Assembly: GCA_044070495.1 (NCBI GenBank)
Contig: JBIPSI010000022.1
Span: 22,949 to 86,948 of the forward strand
Direction: 5' to 3'
Source of the DNA: Spirulina sp.
Lineage (GTDB): Bacteria; Cyanobacteriota; Cyanobacteriia; Phormidesmidales; Phormidesmidaceae
DNA: 64,000 nucleotides
Part shown: one piece after another, positions 1 through 9,390 of the stretch
Layout of the letters: every line of letters starts with the position of its first letter
Position numbering within the stretch: the first letter of the stretch is position 1
Notes under the pieces: model-generated
What the model was told of the DNA's origin: nothing
Seen by the model: only the letters and a program-made list of their open reading frames with translations
The model's database searches: none
Made by a program: the position numbers and the translations under genes

Positions 1-1766
1 CCGCCATCTTCCTGTTTGCAGGTTGGCTGCACCTTCAGCCCAAGTTCCGCCCCAGCCTGTCCTGGTTTAAGAACGCTGAATCTCGCCTTAACCACCACCT
101 GGCGGGTCTGTTCGGCGTCAGCTCCCTAGCTTGGACGGGTCACCTGGTACACGTCGCCATCCCCGAATCTCGCGGTGTCCATGTGGGTTGGGATAACTTC
201 CTTTCCATGAAGCCCCACCCCGAAGGTCTGATGCCCTTCTTCACCGGAAACTGGGGCGTGTATGCCCAGAACCCCGATACCTCTAGCCATGTCTTCGGCA
301 CGGCGACCGGCGCGGGTTCTGCCATCCTCACCTTCCTGGGTGGGTTCCATCCCCAGACCGAGTCTCTGTGGTTGACCGACATGGCTCACCACCACCTGGC
401 CATCGCGGTGATCTTCATCGTGGCTGGGCATATGTACCGCACCAACTTTGGGATTGGCCACAGCATCAAGGAAATCTTGAATGCCCACAAGCCCCCCGCA
501 GGCGGTCTCGGTGAAGGCCACAAGGGTCTCTATGACACCCTGAACAACTCCCTTCACTTCCAACTGGCGCTGGCCCTGGCTAGCCTCGGTGTAGTCACCT
601 CCCTGGTGGCGCAGCACATGTACGCGCTACCTCCCTACGCCTTCATGGCCAAGGACTACACGACCATGGCGGCCCTGTACACCCACCACCAGTACATCGC
701 TGGCTTCATCATGGTGGGGGCCTTCGCCCACGGTGCCATCTTCCTGATCCGGGACTACGATCCCGCTGCTAACAAGAACAACGTCCTCGACCGCGTTCTT
801 CAGCACAAGGAAGCCATCATCTCCCACCTAAGCTGGGTGTCCCTGTTCCTGGGTTTCCACACCCTGGGTCTGTACGTCCACAACGATGTGGTGGTGGCCT
901 TTGGCACCCCCGAAAAGCAAATCCTGGTTGAGCCTGTCTTCGCCCAGTTCGTGCAAGCGGCCTCCGGTAAACTGCTCTACGGCTTCGATACCCTGCTGTC
1001 CAATGCCGACAGCGTGACCCAAACCGCCAACGCCGTTTGGCTGCCCGGCTGGTTTGAGGCCATCAACAGCAACGCCAACTCGCTGTTCCTGACCATTGGC
1101 CCTGGCGACTTCCTGGTGCACCATGCCATCGCCCTGGGTCTGCACACCACCACCCTAATTCTGGTCAAGGGTGCTCTGGATGCCCGTGGCTCCAAGCTGA
1201 TGCCCGACAAGAAGGACTTCGGCTACAGCTTCCCCTGCGACGGCCCTGGCCGTGGCGGCACCTGCGACATCTCCGCTTGGGATTCCTTCTACCTGGCGAT
1301 GTTCTGGATGCTGAACACCATCGGCTGGACCACCTTCTACTGGCACTGGAAGCACCTCAGCATCTGGTCTGGTAACGTGGCTCAATTCAACGAGTCCTCT
1401 AACTACCTGATGGGCTGGCTGCGCGACTACCTGTGGCTCAACAGCTCTCAGCTCATCAACGGCTACAACCCCTACGGCATGAACAACCTCGCCGTCTGGG
1501 CCTGGATGTTCCTCTTTGGACACCTGGTTTGGGCTACCGGCTTCATGTTCCTGATCTCCTGGCGGGGTTACTGGCAAGAGCTGATCGAAACCATCGTGTG
1601 GGCGCACGAACGCACTCCCCTGGCGAACCTGGTTCGCTGGAAGGACAAGCCCGTTGCTCTCTCCATCGTTCAAGCTCGTCTGGTGGGTCTGGCTCACTTC
1701 ACCGTGGGTTACATCCTCACCTACGCCGCCTTCCTAATCGCCTCCACCTCCAGCCGCTTCGGCTAA
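1..1766 (+). CDS. psaB: Photosystem I P700 apoprotein A2 (5' end outside window)
   Basis: Frame open from position 3 ([33 protein letters not shown]). Contains [15 protein letters not shown] motif followed by ISAWD and the C-terminal [13 protein letters not shown] typical of PsaB. Confidence 0.99.
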   Translation, partial: AIFLFAGWLHLQPKFRPSLSWFKNAESRLNHHLAGLFGVSSLAWTGHLVHVAIPESRGVHVGWDNFLSMKPHPEGLMPFFTGNWGVYAQNPDTSSHVFGTATGAGSAILTFLGGFHPQTESLWLTDMAHHHLAIAVIFIVAGHMYRTNFGIGHSIKEILNAHKPPAGGLGEGHKGLYDTLNNSLHFQLALALASLGVVTSLVAQHMYALPPYAFMAKDYTTMAALYTHHQYIAGFIMVGAFAHGAIFLIRDYDPAANKNNVLDRVLQHKEAIISHLSWVSLFLGFHTLGLYVHNDVVVAFGTPEKQILVEPVFAQFVQAASGKLLYGFDTLLSNADSVTQTANAVWLPGWFEAINSNANSLFLTIGPGDFLVHHAIALGLHTTTLILVKGALDARGSKLMPDKKDFGYSFPCDGPGRGGTCDISAWDSFYLAMFWMLNTIGWTTFYWHWKHLSIWSGNVAQFNESSNYLMGWLRDYLWLNSSQLINGYNPYGMNNLAVWAWMFLFGHLVWATGFMFLISWRGYWQELIETIVWAHERTPLANLVRWKDKPVALSIVQARLVGLAHFTVGYILTYAAFLIASTSSRFG

Positions 1767-1793
1767 GGCTCGGCCTAGTTAGGTAAACACATT

Positions 1794-1832
1794 CAGCCCT
1801 CCTCGGTGTTCTGCTCCGGGGAGGGTTGTTTT
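1794..1832 (+). terminator. Rho-independent terminator after psaB
   Basis: Stem CAGCCCTCC...GGAGGGTTG followed by TTTT, 28 nt after the psaB stop. Confidence 0.75.
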
Positions 1833-1869
1833 ATAGTGATGGCTACATCAGGCGGGTTGGATAGACGCA

Positions 1870-2337
1870 ATGCCTCAACGAGATTCAATTCACTATGCGG
1901 TTAGGCAAGCGTTGATTAACGATGGCTGGAGCATTACCGCCGATCCCTACGTCATCTCCTACGGAGAGCGCTTCCTGTTTATAGACCTGGGTGCGGCTGA
2001 AACATCGGGTGATAATGGAAGAGAGTCGCGCTTTATTGGGGCTCAGCGTGGCGCTAGTCAAATTGCTGTTGAGGTAAAAGAGTTTCGGCGGGCATCGGCC
2101 ATTGCTGATTTAGAACAGGCTATTGGTCAGTACGTGCTCTATCGCCTATTGTTGAATCAAGTTGATCCAGAGCGCGATCTATATTTAGCGATTGATGAGA
2201 ATACCTTTGCCGATATTTTTAAGGAACCCATTGGGGAACTGGTAATACGCGACCTGCCACTAAATTTGCTGATCGTAGATGTAGAACTCTCGGAGGTAAC
2301 GCAGTGGATACCCCCACGACGGATCGAGACATTGTGA
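1870..2337 (+). CDS. xisH: XisH family protein (PD-(D/E)XK-like)
   Basis: HYAVRQALINDGWSITADP, IDLGA, IAVEVK, AIGQY..YR, DPERDLYLAI motifs. Confidence 0.9.
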   Translation: MPQRDSIHYAVRQALINDGWSITADPYVISYGERFLFIDLGAAETSGDNGRESRFIGAQRGASQIAVEVKEFRRASAIADLEQAIGQYVLYRLLLNQVDPERDLYLAIDENTFADIFKEPIGELVIRDLPLNLLIVDVELSEVTQWIPPRRIETL

Positions 2338-2645
2338 AGCAAGTGATTGAGCGCTACGCCAAATTTGTGCCATCCCACGGCAATATTCGCCTAGATACCG
2401 TCTTTGATGACCAGCAGGGGCGCTATGCGCTGATGCAAGTCGGTTGGGATAGAGGCCGACGAGTAAGAGGCAACTTGATTTACGTCACCCTTCAGCAGGG
2501 CCAAGTCTGGATTGAGTATGACGGTATGGAACAGGGAATTGCCCAAGACCTGATTCAAGGTGGTATTGCTCCGGAGCGTATTGTCCTGAAGTTTGTTTCG
2601 GAAGCAGGTAGCCCGATCACGCCAAAGCTAGAATATGTGGGCTAA
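2304..2645 (+). CDS. xisI: XisI family protein
   Basis: VFDD..GRY.LMQVGW, VWIEYDGMEQGIAQDL..GGIAPERIVL. Overlaps the xisH 3' end. Confidence 0.9.
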   Translation: MDTPTTDRDIVKQVIERYAKFVPSHGNIRLDTVFDDQQGRYALMQVGWDRGRRVRGNLIYVTLQQGQVWIEYDGMEQGIAQDLIQGGIAPERIVLKFVSEAGSPITPKLEYVG

Positions 2646-2651
2646 ATAGTC

Positions 2652-3005
2652 ATGGTGGATGTCATTGATGATGCCCAATTCCTAGAACAGTACCAGCGAG
2701 CTATAGAAGCCGCTAACCAAGCCAAGGCGACAGAACCTCAAGCGGTATCAGTCCACTACGACGATATAAACCGCTTGATTGTAATTCGCCTTAACAGTGG
2801 GGCATTATTTAGCTTCCCGCCAGATATCGTCCAGGGTTTAGCGGGTGCATCACCAGAAGACCTAGCAGCCGTAGAGATTACACCTTCTAGAACAGGACTG
2901 CATTGGGAAAAGCTAGATGCCGACTTCTCTGTATCGGGTCTTCTCAGTGGTCGATTCGGAACAAAAGCCTGGATGACGAAGCGACAAGAAACTGGGCAGT
3001 GCTAG
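2652..3005 (+). CDS. DUF2442 domain protein (putative antitoxin), no partner
   Basis: GLAGASPEDLAAVEITPS..GLHWEKLDADFSVSGLL.G.FGTKAWM pattern. Confidence 0.8.
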   Translation: MVDVIDDAQFLEQYQRAIEAANQAKATEPQAVSVHYDDINRLIVIRLNSGALFSFPPDIVQGLAGASPEDLAAVEITPSRTGLHWEKLDADFSVSGLLSGRFGTKAWMTKRQETGQC

Positions 3006-3068
3006 TCAGATTGATTAAAGTTGTCTAGCGATAGACGAGACATTTCATAGAAAATAGAGAGCGCTACT

Positions 3069-3278
3069 ATGACCCTTCAAGACTTAATTAAAGAAGCCCA
3101 GCAACTAACCTGGCAAGAGCAGTTTCAGTTAGCGACGCGACTATTGCAATGGGTTGAAGCTAAAATGCAAGTCCAACCCTTAAAAGAGCGCCAGCCTGAT
3201 TTACATCCAGATGCCTTTGTCATAGCCGATGATTTTGATGCCCCCCTCCCAGATAGCTTTTGGTTAGGCGAACCATGA
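3069..3278 (+). CDS. Small VapB-like/DUF2281-type antitoxin
   Basis: C-terminal IADDFDAPLPDSFW motif. ATGA overlap with the downstream PIN toxin. Confidence 0.75.
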   Translation: MTLQDLIKEAQQLTWQEQFQLATRLLQWVEAKMQVQPLKERQPDLHPDAFVIADDFDAPLPDSFWLGEP

Positions 3279-3661
3279 AATTGTTGCTGGACACACACAC
3301 GTTTATTTGGTGGGATAGCCAATCTAGTCAGATTCCCCCAGCAACGTTAGCTCTGATTAAAAAGCCTCAAAATGATCTCATGGTCAGCTTAGGCAGCATT
3401 TGGGAAATTCAAATCAAGACCCACTTGGGTAAACTTGCGCTACGGGCTCCTCTTCTAGATATTCTTCAACAGCAACAAGCTGAGAATGGACTCGTCTTGC
3501 TACCCATTACTTTGGCTCACATTGTTGAACTTGACTGCCTACCCTGGTATCACAAGGATCCTTTTGATCGTTTGCTAATTGCTCAAAGCCGTATTGAGTC
3601 AGCTATGCTTGTTAGCAAGGATACAGCCTTCCATCAATACGACTGCCAGCTAATCTGGTAA
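3275..3661 (+). CDS. vapC: VapC family PIN-domain toxin
   Basis: MKLLLDTHTFIW, SIWEIQIK, HKDPFDRLLIAQ, LVSKD. ATG at 3275 overlaps the antitoxin TGA. Confidence 0.92.
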   Translation: MKLLLDTHTFIWWDSQSSQIPPATLALIKKPQNDLMVSLGSIWEIQIKTHLGKLALRAPLLDILQQQQAENGLVLLPITLAHIVELDCLPWYHKDPFDRLLIAQSRIESAMLVSKDTAFHQYDCQLIW

Positions 3662-3733
3662 GCCTGGGTTAGAGTGATCAGTCGCTACGCTAAGTTCCTA
3701 TCAGGCTATCTTTGGACATATATTTAGATCACC

Positions 3734-4576
3734 ATGAAAATCGGAAAATTGGTTAAGCAAAACCTCCCCGGAATCTTTCGTTATTGTGAGCATGTAAATC
3801 ATGACGAAATTCAGTCCCTCCTTGATCCCAAGTATTCCAAAGCTAACTTTGGGGTTAATTTCCCATTCTGCGCTCTAGTCGAAGATATTGATCAGTCGTT
3901 GTCTAAACGATATTGGACAGAGATCTATTTGGTCAGGGGAAAGCAAGTACGTATTACGAGCCAATGGTTTGAATCGAGTCGAACTCCTTTTGAAGACTAC
4001 CTTTCACGCAAGAATATTGAGATTACCGTCTCTGATGATCAGGGCGACAAGGCTGTAGACCTTCAGGAATCTAGTGCCAAAAAGCCTTCTAATCGCGCTA
4101 ATAGTCGTTATCGGGGGAATCCTATCGGCAATGCCCAAAACCTATTTATTAGGAATATCCTCAGCAGTCTGGGCGTCGAGTCCTTTAGTGAAGCTGATTG
4201 GAAAGCAACTAAAGAATATTTTGAAAACAAATGTGCTTATTGTGGCGCAGAGACAGACCTAGTAATTGAACACGCGATTCCCATCAATCGGGAGAAGCTT
4301 GGAGAGCATAGACTTGGAAATTTAATTCCAAGTTGCAAAGCCTGTAACACTAGTAAGGCTGGAAAGGATTTTAGAGAGTTTCTTTCAGGAGATACAGCAA
4401 CTATTGAAAGAATAGAGGCTTACATGGACAGTAAAGATTATGTTCCTCTGGAAGATAACGAACAGATGAAGATGATTTTGAATATGGCTCACCGTGAAGT
4501 CTCTGCCCTTGCAGATCGATACATCACGATTATCAATGAACTCTTCTTTCTAGGATCAAATGATGAAAATGAGTAA
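3734..4576 (+). CDS. HNH endonuclease with an extra N-terminal domain
   Basis: CAYCG...EHAIP...G.H.LGNLIPSCKACNTSK HNH signature in the C-terminal half. AT-rich. Confidence 0.85.
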   Translation: MKIGKLVKQNLPGIFRYCEHVNHDEIQSLLDPKYSKANFGVNFPFCALVEDIDQSLSKRYWTEIYLVRGKQVRITSQWFESSRTPFEDYLSRKNIEITVSDDQGDKAVDLQESSAKKPSNRANSRYRGNPIGNAQNLFIRNILSSLGVESFSEADWKATKEYFENKCAYCGAETDLVIEHAIPINREKLGEHRLGNLIPSCKACNTSKAGKDFREFLSGDTATIERIEAYMDSKDYVPLEDNEQMKMILNMAHREVSALADRYITIINELFFLGSNDENE

Positions 4577-4650
4577 TCTTTGCATCAAATTAAGCTGATC
4601 GATTGGGAATCGGGAGCGACAGATATTTTTTATGAGATAATCTTAGAATC

Positions 4651-4887
4651 ATGAATCGAGAAGTCACTCAAACCATTGCCTCAGAAGTACAACTATTCCA
4701 GACTCTTGATCAAAAAGAAAACTTTCTCTTTTTGATTGGTGCTTTGCTGGCCAGAGTCATCAGCCTCAAGAAAGCGTCAGAAATCATGCAGCTTGAGCCT
4801 TCGGAATTTCTCAAAATCCTCGATCTAATGGGAATTGAGTTCTCCTATCTATCTGAAGAGGATATTGAGATAGAGAAAATCTGGTGA
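4651..4887 (+). CDS. UPF0175 family HTH antitoxin
   Basis: ISLKKASEIM.L...EF..IL...GI pattern. Directly upstream of a DUF3368 gene. Confidence 0.75.
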   Translation: MNREVTQTIASEVQLFQTLDQKENFLFLIGALLARVISLKKASEIMQLEPSEFLKILDLMGIEFSYLSEEDIEIEKIW

Positions 4888-4891
4888 ACAG

Positions 4892-5377
4892 ATGCAGATT
4901 GTCATTAACTCATCACCACTAATTTTCCTGGCGAAGCTTAGCTATCTTGGTCAGTTTCTTGACTATCCTGATAATTTTTATGTCCCACAATCCGTCGCAG
5001 ATGAGATTTCAGCGAAACTAGATCCCGCTAGCCAGATGGTTCAAACTTTTCTTGACTCTGGTGTTCTTCAAGTTCATGTGGTTGCTCTCAGCAATCTCGC
5101 CCAAAGTCTCAATCGACGTTTAGGTCGAGGTGAGTCCGATGCAATTGCCCTAGGTATTCAACTAAACGCAGACTATGTTCTACTGGATGACCTCGCGGTG
5201 AGAAAAGAGGCCATTCGTCTTGGCTTGGCGATCAAAGGTACATTAGCTGCCATTCATAAAATGAATAGAGATAGAAAGATTATAGTTGACGACTTAGATG
5301 ATCTTTATGTCCGTTGTATCGAAATTAATTTCAGAATTAAACGATCAATCTTTAATCAGATCTTTATGGATAAATAA
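4892..5377 (+). CDS. DUF3368 PIN-domain protein (putative toxin)
   Basis: VINSSPLIFLAK, VPQSVADEI, LGRGESDAIAL, VLLDD, GL.IKGTL motifs. Confidence 0.85.
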   Translation: MQIVINSSPLIFLAKLSYLGQFLDYPDNFYVPQSVADEISAKLDPASQMVQTFLDSGVLQVHVVALSNLAQSLNRRLGRGESDAIALGIQLNADYVLLDDLAVRKEAIRLGLAIKGTLAAIHKMNRDRKIIVDDLDDLYVRCIEINFRIKRSIFNQIFMDK

Positions 5378-5442
5378 TTCTCATTTTCTGCAAGCATAGA
5401 CCAATTCTACCTGTCATAGAAACTTATTCGACTTCCAATATA

Positions 5443-5727
5443 ATGAATCCAGAGAAGGCTCGTCTAATTCAAGCTGTTGACCGATTTCCTGACTCGTTAA
5501 TCAAGCCAGTGGTTGATTTTGTAGAGTTTCTGTTGTGGAGGGAAAAAGCTGCCTCTGAGGATACAGCCTCAGTTGAAAATATCCCAAATGAAGAGGATTC
5601 CGCTTGGCTCAACGCTGACCTCTCAAACTTAGGTGCCTATGAACCCTACGAATGGGCCGAGGGAGAATTGGAAGAAGGAAAGCCCGTCAAGTATATTCCT
5701 GGCAAAGGGCTTGTGATTGAAGAATGA
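5443..5727 (+). CDS. DUF2281-like antitoxin-type protein, no adjacent toxin
   Basis: FPDSLIKPVVDFVEFLL helical motif. 94 aa, acidic. Confidence 0.6.
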   Translation: MNPEKARLIQAVDRFPDSLIKPVVDFVEFLLWREKAASEDTASVENIPNEEDSAWLNADLSNLGAYEPYEWAEGELEEGKPVKYIPGKGLVIEE

Positions 5728-5815
5728 CGGAATGTCATCATTATGGGCTGATGTAAGCGGGTTGGGATAGGGGCCGATGAGTTAGCGTTACCCAACCCGG
5801 TTGTACCGGTGATGG

Positions 5816-7111
5816 CTAGCGTGGATCGGCAATGGCTCCCACAAACAGCAGTGTCCCCGTTGGTCGATCTCGCAGGGCCACGATGAAGGGCCGATCCACG
5901 CGCAGATCAAAGGGTTGTTCTGGATCCACGACAATGGAGGTGGGCATGATGCCGACGACGGTGGCGGCGGACGCTTCGGCCCCAGATTCCGTGACTTCCA
6001 GGGTGGTTTTGTGGCGCACCTGGTTGATGGCGGCCTCTAGGGAGGTCAGCCTAGAAAAGTCGGCGGCATTGCTGAAGGCGACTCCCATCCCTAAACGTCG
6101 CAGGGCCGGAATCAGATCCGCTTCGTAGGCGGTGGTGAAGCGGGGCAGTTGGACGATCCCTTCCCGTCGCCGAAATTGTCCCATCCAGGTGGCCCAATCT
6201 TCGGCGGCGAGTTGCGCCACCACGTCTGAAAGAGTCACCCCCTCGGCGGGAAGAATCACCTCAAAGCTAAGGGTTTCCTGTTCGCCGTAGGGTAAGCTGA
6301 CGGCTTGCCATTGGTCGGTGGCAAGGTATTGAAAATTGCCCTGGCGCTGCATGGCCGGATGCTGAATCTCGCTGCCATTTGCCAAGGTAAAGGGCTGATC
6401 GGCGGTGAGGGCGGGATCAAACTCGGTCGTCCAGTCGCCCTTGAAGTACAGGGCGTTCACTAGCAAAATCAGTTGGTCAGGGTCAATTTGATCCACCAGG
6501 GTGGGAATGTGGCCACGGGTTTGATCGCTCACCCAACGGTTAATTTGATCGGAAATGGCGGCATCGGCAAAGTCCACAGCAGCCACCTCGGCCCCGTAGT
6601 ATTGGGTCATGGCGGCAATGAAGGCTGGGTAAACCGGGAGGTTCTGGTTCATCCACAGGCCGTTGGCGAGGGCTAGATCAATCTCCGGTTCCGTTGCCGC
6701 CAACCGCTGCATCAGCGCTTGGTTGCCCTGGTTAATTTGGTCAAGGTCAAGCCCTTGCAGCCGCAGCGCTTCGGCCATGGCGACCTGGGTGTCTCCGGCG
6801 GCACCGTTGTAGGCCATCGAGAGCGCCATCGCCACGCTAACGGGCGAAATCAGCAGGTTTTCCTGGGGGGCTTCCTGGTGCAGTTGCCGAAATAGGGCTA
6901 ACCCAAAGGCGGTTTGGGCCGTTGTGAGGGCGGGGTCAGTCATTTCAGATTGGGCCAGCAGGTCGGTTTTGGGTGCCATCGTGACATTCTCTGGAGTCGG
7001 GGGTGCGGGCGGTTGGGCTATGGACTGAACGCTACTCCAACCGCCCACCAACGCCAAAAGGCTCAGGCTGAGGGCACCATACATCCATCGTGGGGCCATC
7101 ATAGGTCTCAT
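5816..7111 (-). CDS. Secreted serpin (serine protease inhibitor)
   Basis: Signal peptide. NLLISPVS, LVNALYFKGDW, hinge EVTESGAEASAAT and VDRPF..LLFVG serpin motifs. Confidence 0.95.
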   Translation of the reverse strand: MRPMMAPRWMYGALSLSLLALVGGWSSVQSIAQPPAPPTPENVTMAPKTDLLAQSEMTDPALTTAQTAFGLALFRQLHQEAPQENLLISPVSVAMALSMAYNGAAGDTQVAMAEALRLQGLDLDQINQGNQALMQRLAATEPEIDLALANGLWMNQNLPVYPAFIAAMTQYYGAEVAAVDFADAAISDQINRWVSDQTRGHIPTLVDQIDPDQLILLVNALYFKGDWTTEFDPALTADQPFTLANGSEIQHPAMQRQGNFQYLATDQWQAVSLPYGEQETLSFEVILPAEGVTLSDVVAQLAAEDWATWMGQFRRREGIVQLPRFTTAYEADLIPALRRLGMGVAFSNAADFSRLTSLEAAINQVRHKTTLEVTESGAEASAATVVGIMPTSIVVDPEQPFDLRVDRPFIVALRDRPTGTLLFVGAIADPR

Positions 7112-7314
7112 CCTTCATTTAAGGGGCTGATCCTACCTTGGCATAGGCCCACGGCTACCCTGGGCTGGGTTACCAAATTGGAAACCCCGTTGCTGTCCAG
7201 CCCCATGGGCAGGGCACTTCGCAAATCAAATAAGAGTGCTATGAGTACATCGCGGAACGCCAACGTTGATGATTAGGCGACCCTAGACGTAAGGTTCAGG
7301 GAGGGGGTTGGCCA

Positions 7315-7551
7315 ATGAGTATCGTCATCTCAGATGAAATTTTGCAGGCCTCTCAGCTTACACCAAGCGAATTTCGACAAGAAATCGCTATCCATCTGTT
7401 TCAAACAGGACGTTTAACGCTGGGCTACGCGAGTCGCTTAGCTGATATGCCCCTCTACGCTTTCCGCCAGCTTCTCAAACCGCGCAACATAGCCCTGTAC
7501 TCCTACGATGTTGAAGATTTCGAGCTAGATTTGAAAAATCTAAGTAGCTAG
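7315..7551 (+). CDS. UPF0175 family protein, 3' end clipped by IS630
   Basis: EFRQEIAIHLFQTGRLTLGYASRLA motif. Last codons and stop (7543-7551) lie in the IS630 terminal repeat. Confidence 0.75.
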   Translation: MSIVISDEILQASQLTPSEFRQEIAIHLFQTGRLTLGYASRLADMPLYAFRQLLKPRNIALYSYDVEDFELDLKNLSS

Positions 7552-8171
7552 GCGCAATTAAATATAAAACGCTCCAATGCATACCCTCCGCCTACACTGC
7601 GCGATTCCATGCCGTCGATCACGGCCATCGCCAAATCGTATTCGTTATCAAACATCTGACCTGCAATTTCATGGGCTTTGAGTTGCCGCCATTCCGTCTC
7701 AATTGGATACCATTCGGGAAGCAAGCTACATTTCCGAACAGTAAGGGGGCAGGAAAAATATGAACAACCCTTCTGCCAGCGAGACCACTGGTGCTGCACC
7801 AGACGACTGGTGTGTAACGACCCATTATCTTGCACCACCACGGTGATGCGCCCGGTCTCGGCTAACGTCAACGCGGCTTTCTGGGCTACCCAGTCCATCA
7901 CGTCAATATAGCGATCTCCCTTGAAACCACCCTGACTCAAGGCATACTCAAACCCCTGAGCGGGTTGCCACAATCCCAACATACTCATCCGGCGACCATA
8001 CTGCTGGGGCGTCTGTGACCTCCGCTTCTGCTCTCCAATGCGGCTATAGCTGTAGCTGACGGAACTCCAAAGACAGAACCCCGCTTCGTCCAGGTACTTG
8101 ATCGCAACATGACCGTCCTTCGCCGCCTGCGTCAGGGTCGCTAAGTCCGCCTGCTTCAGCGCCTTTTTCAC
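7548..8171 (-). pseudogene. IS630 transposase DDE part (orfB), internally scrambled
   Basis: YLDEAGF, VVQDNGSLH and PIETEWRQLK are present, but the GLFIFFLPPYCSEM segment is read out of frame between two compensating indels. Confidence 0.8.
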
Positions 8172-8644
8172 CGGGTCTTGTTTCCGTCGATGGCTATACC
8201 GGGTGCGCTTCCACCGATAGCCTTTTTTTTCAGCAAACGCCGCAACCGATCACCGCTCAAGTCAACCGAGCGCTCCTGCTTCAGCTTCTGAGCTAGTTGC
8301 ACGCTGGTATAGGTTCGGGTGTCCTGGTCGAGATACGTCGTTAGATAGTCCAAGTCGGACGGCTGCCATTTGGGCTTTGCACCCCGTCCAGGGGCTTCCC
8401 AAAACCCGCCTAACCCTCCCGTTTCCCAACGCTTGAGGGTGGCCCTGACCGTGTGTTCATGGCACTCAAACAGCTCGGCAATGGCGGGAACGTTCCACCC
8501 CCGCGCATTCAGCAGCAGCATGTGGGCACGGTCACGGGTTCGATAGGGCAGGCGCTGAGCCACGCGCAGTTCGTTGAGGGTTCGCGTTTCCTCGTCTGTC
8601 AACGTAATCCGGAGGGGAGCGGGCATTGGGGGCACCATCGCCAC
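8168..8644 (-). CDS. IS630 transposase N-terminal HTH part (orfA); -1 frameshift at A8 run joins it to orfB
   Basis: RDRAHMLLLNARGWNVPAIAE...TVRATLKRW...PGRG. A8 run at 8223-8230 gives KKKGYRWKRTRYSH in the -1 frame. Confidence 0.85.
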   Translation of the reverse strand: MAMVPPMPAPLRITLTDEETRTLNELRVAQRLPYRTRDRAHMLLLNARGWNVPAIAELFECHEHTVRATLKRWETGGLGGFWEAPGRGAKPKWQPSDLDYLTTYLDQDTRTYTSVQLAQKLKQERSVDLSGDRLRRLLKKKAIGGSAPGIAIDGNKTR

Positions 8645-8672
8645 CCTGATATTTTATGTTTAATTTGAACTA

Positions 8673-8817
8673 TAGCGGTTCTCGATAGCATGAGATACAC
8701 CGCTGCTGAGTTCTAGATCCCCCCAGTGCCTAGTGGTCTAAGTTCACGCTATCCCCCCCTTTTTAAGGGGGGCAGGGGGGATCATCGACATGTACTTGAC
8801 CCGTGTGAAATCCGCTA
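8673..8817. mobile_element. MITE (~145 bp) with TA duplication, inserted in the IS630 right TIR
   Basis: Ends TAGCGGTT...AATCCGCTA flanked by TA. Internal CCCCCCTTTTTAAGGGGGG palindrome. Diverged second copy at 49333-49477. Confidence 0.8.
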
Positions 8818-8858
8818 TAGCTACTTAGTAGTTGTCGAGGTCAATAAACTTATCAAAT

Positions 8859-9083
8859 TTACCGTGACTCTAAAAACTCCTCAATAGTTAATCCGATGTC
8901 GCTTTCAATTTGTCGTAGAAGTCTAGGAGAAATGTCGCGTCCTTTGTGGAAAGGAACGGTTGTTCCCCGACCACCGTGGTGCCGAAACTGCTTGTGTGAG
9001 CCTTTTTGACGAACCTCCACAAAGCCTAGCTTTTCTAAAATACGGGCAACTTCTTGCGGTTTCAGAACGGGAGTTTTACTCAT
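8859..9083 (-). CDS. hicA: HicA family toxin
   Basis: LEKLGFVEVRQKGSHKQFRH...TTVPFH signature. Confidence 0.92.
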   Translation of the reverse strand: MSKTPVLKPQEVARILEKLGFVEVRQKGSHKQFRHHGGRGTTVPFHKGRDISPRLLRQIESDIGLTIEEFLESR

Positions 9084-9086
9084 CGC

Positions 9087-9296
9087 TTACTGAACCACAA
9101 TCTGTTGGGTACCAACAAATTCCGTTTCGTGAGCTATTTCCTCATCTTCTAGAAGCATTTCGATGACTTCACGCAGATTTTCTTGCAATTCATCCAAGGT
9201 TTCTCCTTGGGAATGTGCGCCAGGGAAGCCAGGTACATAACCAAAGTAGAGATTGGTATCGGTGTCTCGTTCGATAATTGCAGTGAAGGTTCTCAT
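9087..9296 (-). CDS. hicB: HicB family antitoxin
   Basis: GYVPGFPGAHSQGETLDELQENLREVI signature. Upstream of hicA. Confidence 0.92.
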   Translation of the reverse strand: MRTFTAIIERDTDTNLYFGYVPGFPGAHSQGETLDELQENLREVIEMLLEDEEIAHETEFVGTQQIVVQ

Positions 9297-9390
9297 AGCT
9301 CAAATTTTTCAGTAGTTGTGATTCTTATCTGTCGCAAAGGAAGGAACCTAACTTGGCCTTCCCCCTCGCCATCGAGACCACATTCAGCGA

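Larger units (their letters stand above)
7543..8825 (-). mobile_element. IS630-family insertion sequence (degenerate), TA target duplication
   Basis: TA at 7541-42 and 8826-27. Left TIR AGTAGCTAGGCGCAATTAAATATAAAA. Right TIR TTTTATGTTTAATTTGAACTA..GCTACT is split by a MITE. Encodes HTH orfA and DDE orfB. Confidence 0.9.

Noticed and set aside
1870..2645. xisH/xisI as evidence of an fdxN excision element
   Set aside because: No XisF recombinase or nif genes in the window. The pair is widespread as a stand-alone module.
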